Below, piece after piece: positions 59,649 to 64,000 of a stretch of DNA of 64,000 nt. Positions within the stretch are counted from its first letter, which is position 1; each line of letters starts with the position of its first letter. The position numbers and the translations under genes were made by a program. Below the pieces are notes generated by a model. It ran no database searches and was not told the origin of the DNA. It worked only from the letters and a program-made list of their open reading frames with translations. The DNA is taken from positions 153,464 through 217,463 of the forward strand of contig NIVC01001966.1 of the NCBI GenBank assembly GCA_002269645.1, in the 5' to 3' direction. Source of the stretch: Macrostomum lignano (Eukaryota).

Positions 59649-61949
59649 TCAACTGTCGGTCTTGGCAACCTTGTGGACGCGCACCTGATACCCGTTGCTA
59701 TCGGCAACCACCAACCAGTCCCAGCGACCGCTGGCGCCGCCCTCCCACAGGTCCAGGCACATCGGACTGCCTGCAGCTTGACTGTCGTTCCCGATCTGCG
59801 CCTCGCCAGCATCGCTGCCAACTGTCTGAGCTCTGCTCTTCCGTTGCTCCATAATCTTTCCGTCTCCAACGTCTCCATCAAAGCCGACCTCAAACACTCG
59901 CAGGCAGCGACGACCATCTGCGTCCAGCAGGCGGATGACGCGGCTGGCCACGTCGGCAATGTACAATCGACCACGTTGGTCAGTCAACACGTCGTAGGGA
60001 CTCTGGAATGCAACCGCGTCGCCGTCGCCTCCGGTCAGGGTGGCCACAACCCGGCCGGTGTCAACGTCCAGCCGACGGATGGCTCGACCTGCCCAGTCGG
60101 TGATCAGCAGGCGACGCCCGTGTCGACACCAGGCGAGACTCTCCGTGAAGAAGGCGGCGCTGTAGCATCCGGACACATCCAGAGAGGCCAAAACCGGCCA
60201 CGGTGGCTGGCGGCTGACAATTGCGACCTTCTGCTCAGCGTAGCTCAAAGCGTAGAACCTCTGGCTGCCGGGCGGCACAGACAGTCCGGTTAGACGCGAT
60301 CGCGGCGGCAGGCCGAGCGCTTGAGGAGTCAGACGACGTCGGAGCCGGCCAGTCAGGTCGAGGATGAACAGACCGGCCCGACCCTGAGTCAGGTAGAGCA
60401 GCTGATGGCCCGAGTAGGCTGTGCACCTGAAAAGGTATACTCTTATTGTATGACCACTGCTACAACTACTAATCTATTAACATCTACCGTTTCCGAACCA
60501 GGGACAAGGACTTTTAATTTCGCGTTTGTTACGGTGTTACGGTTACGGTCTCCGTACAACATGTGTGTGTACCTACGTGGGGTTAGCGGAATGGATAGGG
60601 CTGCTTGCCCCCTCAGTCGACTGTCACCATCGATTTGTGGCGGTTTCCAAAGCCTACTCGCAAAACTAACTACATGCGGCCTAATGCAAACCAATGTTAG
60701 AATTTAGGACCTATAATGTACCTATGGTTGAGTTCACTCAATCGGAACAGTCTTAATCAACTCACCGGTGAGCTCCACCGAAGTGGCGGTGTCAGACGGC
60801 CAATCGGCGTGTCGCTGCTCCCGCCCTTCATCGCCAACAGCGCCAGATGGTCCGGTTGATCATCCGCGTGGAACGCCACCACGAGACATACCGGAGCCAG
60901 ACGTCGCCAGCTGCCTCCGGCTCCAGTCGGGGTTGAACGAGACCGGGTCACCAGGCCTTCGTCTGTGTTGCTACCGCTTGAGCAGACCCAGTGACTGGCC
61001 GTGTTGTCGCAGATGGCCACCCGCCAGATGCGGCCGCCGCCGGTGACCGGGCCGAGCGTCTTGACGGGCTCCGCACTCAGCTGGAGGAGACCGTCGGTCA
61101 GCGCCTTGTGAGCAGCGCGCGTCCCGCGCCAGGCTTTCGGCTGCGCGGAGTGACTCGGCCTCGCGAGACGGGGTTTCGCATTCGGTCAGATAGACTACGG
61201 AGTCGCTGATCTGCGTGGGGCATGGGGCTAAGTTTGTTAGTTAGCTGAAGGGGATTGGGTTGCTAATCAAGGTGAGAAGCGACACACAGTCATGGCCATT
61301 CCGCTGAACCCGAGTATGCACACGTGTACATGGATACGCACTCGCATCTTACATTGGTACTGAGGTACTTTGGCGGGAAATTCGGACGTGTTACAGCTGA
61401 GATACTCTGCTCTGTGTGATTCATGAGTTCCCAGCGAGAATGATATCGGAGTACTCGTATATTCCATTTCTATTGCTTCCCAGAAAAGACGAGGAATAGA
61501 CTCGACTACCCTTGACTCCAGATCCTCACCTGGTCGACAAGTTGAAACACGTGCCGCCAGTTGCCCGCATCAGCTGCTCGATTCGCTGTCTCCGAGAACT
61601 GCACTACCCCCTCAAGTGCTCGAATTCGCCCAGTCAGCTGGTCGAGCTCCCGCTTAGCTGCGTCGCAGATTCTACGTCGCCAGTACTGCTGCTGAGCCTT
61701 CAACAGGCGGAACTGCTGCTCAAGCTCAATCTGATCGGCTTCCTGACGGCTCAAGCATCGCCGAAGCTCCGGATAATTTTCCGTAGCCTCCGCCAGAGCT
61801 TTCAGAGCGGCTAGGCCAAGAGCTCGAACTCGGCGCTGCTCGCGATGCAGATGGCCGCGGCAGAGCGGCTGACCCGAGTGAGGGCAGACTCCGACCGACG
61901 GCGCGACCTCGCACAGGGCCACGCTGCATGCGGCCGGTGTGGCGAGCAT
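59649..61949 (-). CDS. B-box-like/coiled-coil + NHL beta-propeller protein (TRIM-NHL-like, no RING); middle exon frameshifted, possibly a pseudogene
   Basis: Exon 61949-61530 (CSVALC..CPHSGQPLCRGH plus coiled coil, donor GTGAG); exon about 61210-60766 with frameshifts; exon about 60420-59649 (LLITDWAGRAIRRLD, FQSPYDVLTDQRGRLYIADVASRVIRLLD, VVADSNGYQV). Confidence 0.6.
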
Positions 61950-62493
61950 GTCGAGTCAAGAAAGCCCAACTAACTAACAGGTTAACCTTTGCTGTCTTCT
62001 GCTTGTACGAGTTGGTGACTTACTAGATTCTCAAAAAATATCGTTGCGCTATCGCTAACCACCATTATTTAAAGCCTAGCACAATGTATTACACAGATAA
62101 CAGCTCGCACTGCTTGGATACACAGCTCTTTTAGTAGGGGAGAGTTGAAAAGGTTTTTCTGTACGCTGTAACCATTTTATCAGGTGCGCATTTTCCAGAT
62201 TTCGTGAACGCACATAGATCCAATGCAATGGATTGAACTTACTTTCGGCTGGATGCCTTTCTCCAATCGGGTTTAGAATGAGCTCACGAAGTCAACAATA
62301 CTTTATTCGACCTTTATTATCGCTAATATGCACAGTTTATTACCGCTAATAACTCTCATGATGTTGATACAACTGGTACCGAAAATATGCGTAGGCACAT
62401 CATGAACTGAGAAAAGTGTAGCATGCATATAAAAATAGTATTTTACTGTCGAACAGCATGATAGTCACATCTATCTTCTAGCCCAATCACTCC

Positions 62494-63456
62494 TCAGTAG
62501 AGCTGAAACTCTTTCACAGCCTGGTTGCGCCAGTCGGCCACGTACAGCAGCCGCTGACCGGACAGCGGATCCGATTCGAGCAGCCCGACGCCCTGCGGAC
62601 CGTCGAATTGTCCTTCGCCGCCGCCCGGCTGGCCGTCAATGCCCAGCACGTGCACCGGGCTGCCATCGGCCAGGAACAGCTGCACAGTCTGGCCCCAGCT
62701 GTCGCTGACGCAAACAACGCCTCGACTATCTACGGCCAAACCCGTCGGCCGTTGTAGCTGCGGACTGTCAGCCGCGCCAGCCGTTGGGTAGGACGCGATG
62801 AGGCGTCCAGTGAGGCTGCACACTTTGTGCACGGATCGGCCGCCTTTATCGGCCACCAGCACCCGGCTGCCGCTTATCGCCAGGCCGCCCATCCACGGCC
62901 TGCCGGTGAAGAAGTTGCCGAGATCGAAGTCCGCCGACACGCTGTAGTCGGATTTGTCGATGCCGAGCAGCCGCTTCTCTTTTCCATCGAGCAGGAAGAG
63001 CTGATCGCGGCCGGAGACTACCGCTGAGGCGGCACCGAGCTTGTGCTCGAGGCTGTTGGCGTTGATCTTGTGCAATACGTTGCCGCTCAAGCTGACTACG
63101 GTGCAGCCATCTTCACCCTGCGAGATGTACAACCGCTGAGCGGAGCTGTCACAGTGCAGGTCGCTGATCGGAAGGCTCCAGTCAATCTCAGCGTCCAGCC
63201 GATGCCGCTGACCACTTGGGAGTTCGATAACTAGCAGGTGATGCGAACGCTCGTTCAGATCGTAGGAAACAAACAGGCAGGCAGGCCCGAGAGGTCGCTG
63301 AGCCTCTGAGGCGCCCTTGGCAACCAGACGGCTGCCACCTGCTGCCGAGCAGTGAAAGCCGGCAGTGTTTGAACAGACAGCCAAGCATTCGATCTCGCCT
63401 CCAAGGTTACGCAGGTGCGGCGCAACTCTACGGCGGTGCGGATGCCGGTCTGTCAC
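62494..63456 (-). CDS. NHL-repeat beta-propeller protein, last exon; upstream exons probably beyond the window
   Basis: Acceptor CCCCACAG at 63457; LQRPTGLAVDSRGVVCVSDSWGQTVQLF, GQFDGPQGV, LYVADWRNQAVKEF. Confidence 0.82.
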   Translation of the reverse strand: MTDRHPHRRRVAPHLRNLGGEIECLAVCSNTAGFHCSAAGGSRLVAKGASEAQRPLGPACLFVSYDLNERSHHLLVIELPSGQRHRLDAEIDWSLPISDLHCDSSAQRLYISQGEDGCTVVSLSGNVLHKINANSLEHKLGAASAVVSGRDQLFLLDGKEKRLLGIDKSDYSVSADFDLGNFFTGRPWMGGLAISGSRVLVADKGGRSVHKVCSLTGRLIASYPTAGAADSPQLQRPTGLAVDSRGVVCVSDSWGQTVQLFLADGSPVHVLGIDGQPGGGEGQFDGPQGVGLLESDPLSGQRLLYVADWRNQAVKEFQLY

Positions 63457-63582
63457 CTGTGGGGCCGGTGGAGAAGTTTTTTAGACTTTTTTAGACGAAT
63501 AGTTCAGTCTTCAGTTAAATATGCTGCTGTTATGATCAACCTTCGAATATCTGTATCTTTTAGCTAATCGGCAATAAGGCTA

Positions 63583-63676
63583 CCGGACATTTCCCCTCGG
63601 CGGCGTTTCCCCTCCGGACATTTCCCCTCCGGACATTTCCCCTCCGGACATTTCCCCTCCGGACATTTCCCATCCA
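63583..63676. repeat. 15-bp tandem repeat
   Basis: CCGGACATTTCCCCT, about 6 copies. Confidence 0.9.
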
Positions 63677-64000
63677 GCTATAACGAAATAACAGAGCTTT
63701 ATAATATGCCAAAAAGAAGTTTTGCACGCATTTACGTCACATCCATGTAGTTATGCTGTTAGATCGCTTTTATTTTAAAAATTATGTAAGTAAAAAGTGA
63801 GAGTAGATGGTTTTATTATGTTTTATTATAGGTTTTATTATAATAAAATTATAATATAATATATTATTATTATTATATTATTATATTATTTTGTATATTA
63901 TTATTTTTATACTATAATATTATAATATTACTTTATTATTACATTTATATATACACTTATATACATTTATATATATACATGCAACTTATGTTCTCTTTGG

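Noticed and set aside
59547-60293. Plus-strand 248-aa ORF
   Set aside because: Antisense shadow of the NHL exon, which carries the recognisable motifs.

Overview
Eukaryotic, intron-containing genomic DNA from an invertebrate. GC3-rich exons, minisatellite-filled introns and the gene families suggest a free-living flatworm such as Macrostomum; this is an inference, not verified. Layout: (1) 0-12.7 kb, two conserved spliced genes, CoREST/RCOR (5'-incomplete) and FCHo (F-BAR plus mu-homology domain), most of whose long introns carry their own tandem repeat. (2) 13-51 kb, a transposon-dense accessory region (LINE, P/THAP9, mariner, Crypton, gypsy, DIRS-like, Helitron-like/satellite composites, solo LTR, hAT) hosting a cluster of secreted C-type lectin + PAN/apple genes: 3 intact copies and 2-3 broken ones. 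(3) 51.8-64 kb, a single-pass membrane protein with a GC-AG intron and Ala/Pro repeats, an uncharacterised ~700-aa gene, a DEG/ENaC channel and two NHL beta-propeller genes. The strongest candidate for an undescribed system is the lectin-PAN cluster. Its paralogs are almost nucleotide-identical over the PAN domain and most of exon 1, yet differ at about 31% of sites, mostly non-synonymously, across the lectin ligand-binding loop, where a cysteine pair covaries at the canonical Ca2+-ligand positions. A P-family mini-element carrying an intact spliced THAP-only gene is the second highlight. No CRISPR, rRNA or intact tRNA was found. All counts were made by hand.
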